NCBI GenBank assembly: GCA_033442325.1 | Contig: JAWQFM010000014.1 | Coordinates: 1,398,605 to 1,421,480 of the forward strand | From: Salpingoeca rosetta | Lineage: Eukaryota; Protista; Choanoflagellata | Length of the DNA: 22,876 nt | Direction: 5' to 3' | Shown: positions 22,771 through 22,876 of the stretch, in pieces | Numbering within the stretch: position 1 is the stretch's first letter | Layout: the number at the start of each line of letters is the position of its first letter | Notes under the pieces: generated by a model | Database searches by the model: none | Told to the model about the DNA's origin: nothing | The model's input: only the letters and a program-made list of their open reading frames with translations | Translations under genes and position numbers: made by a program

Positions 22771-22876
<106 letters not shown>

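Overview
Eukaryotic, gene-dense, intron-rich DNA. Introns are mostly 100-450 nt GT-AG and full of (CA)n/(GT)n microsatellites, and there are two N gaps. The style and gene content (tyrosine kinase, Flower, C2H2 zinc finger) suggest a choanoflagellate such as Salpingoeca; this is an inference. Most ORFs in the supplied track are microsatellite artefacts. Manual splicing with consistent phases gives eight genes: (1) U2AF65/U2AF2-like splicing factor (+, 5'-incomplete, 191-3140); (2) augmin subunit HAUS7/AUG7-like (-, 6351-3519); (3) FG-nucleoporin Nup42/NUPL2-like (+, 6463-7995); (4) Sororin-like cohesin regulator (-, 11795-8862); (5) Flower/CACFD1 membrane protein (+, 12148-13510); (6) apparently cytoplasmic tyrosine kinase with an insulin-receptor-like N-lobe, fused to a C-terminal calponin/transgelin-type CH domain (+, ~14256-19349, catalytic core in an N gap); (7) five-finger C2H2 protein (-, 20892-20080); (8) NAA15 (+, 21064 onward, 3'-incomplete). 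Most interesting: the TK-CH fusion with an acidic multi-Tyr linker; a U2AF65 whose RRM1 has lost its RNA-stacking aromatics, in a window whose introns often lack polypyrimidine tracts and carry complementary GU/AC repeats; and divergent Sororin and HAUS7 homologues behind compact bidirectional promoters with E2F/CHR/Myb-like motifs. Family assignments come from remembered motifs, not database searches.
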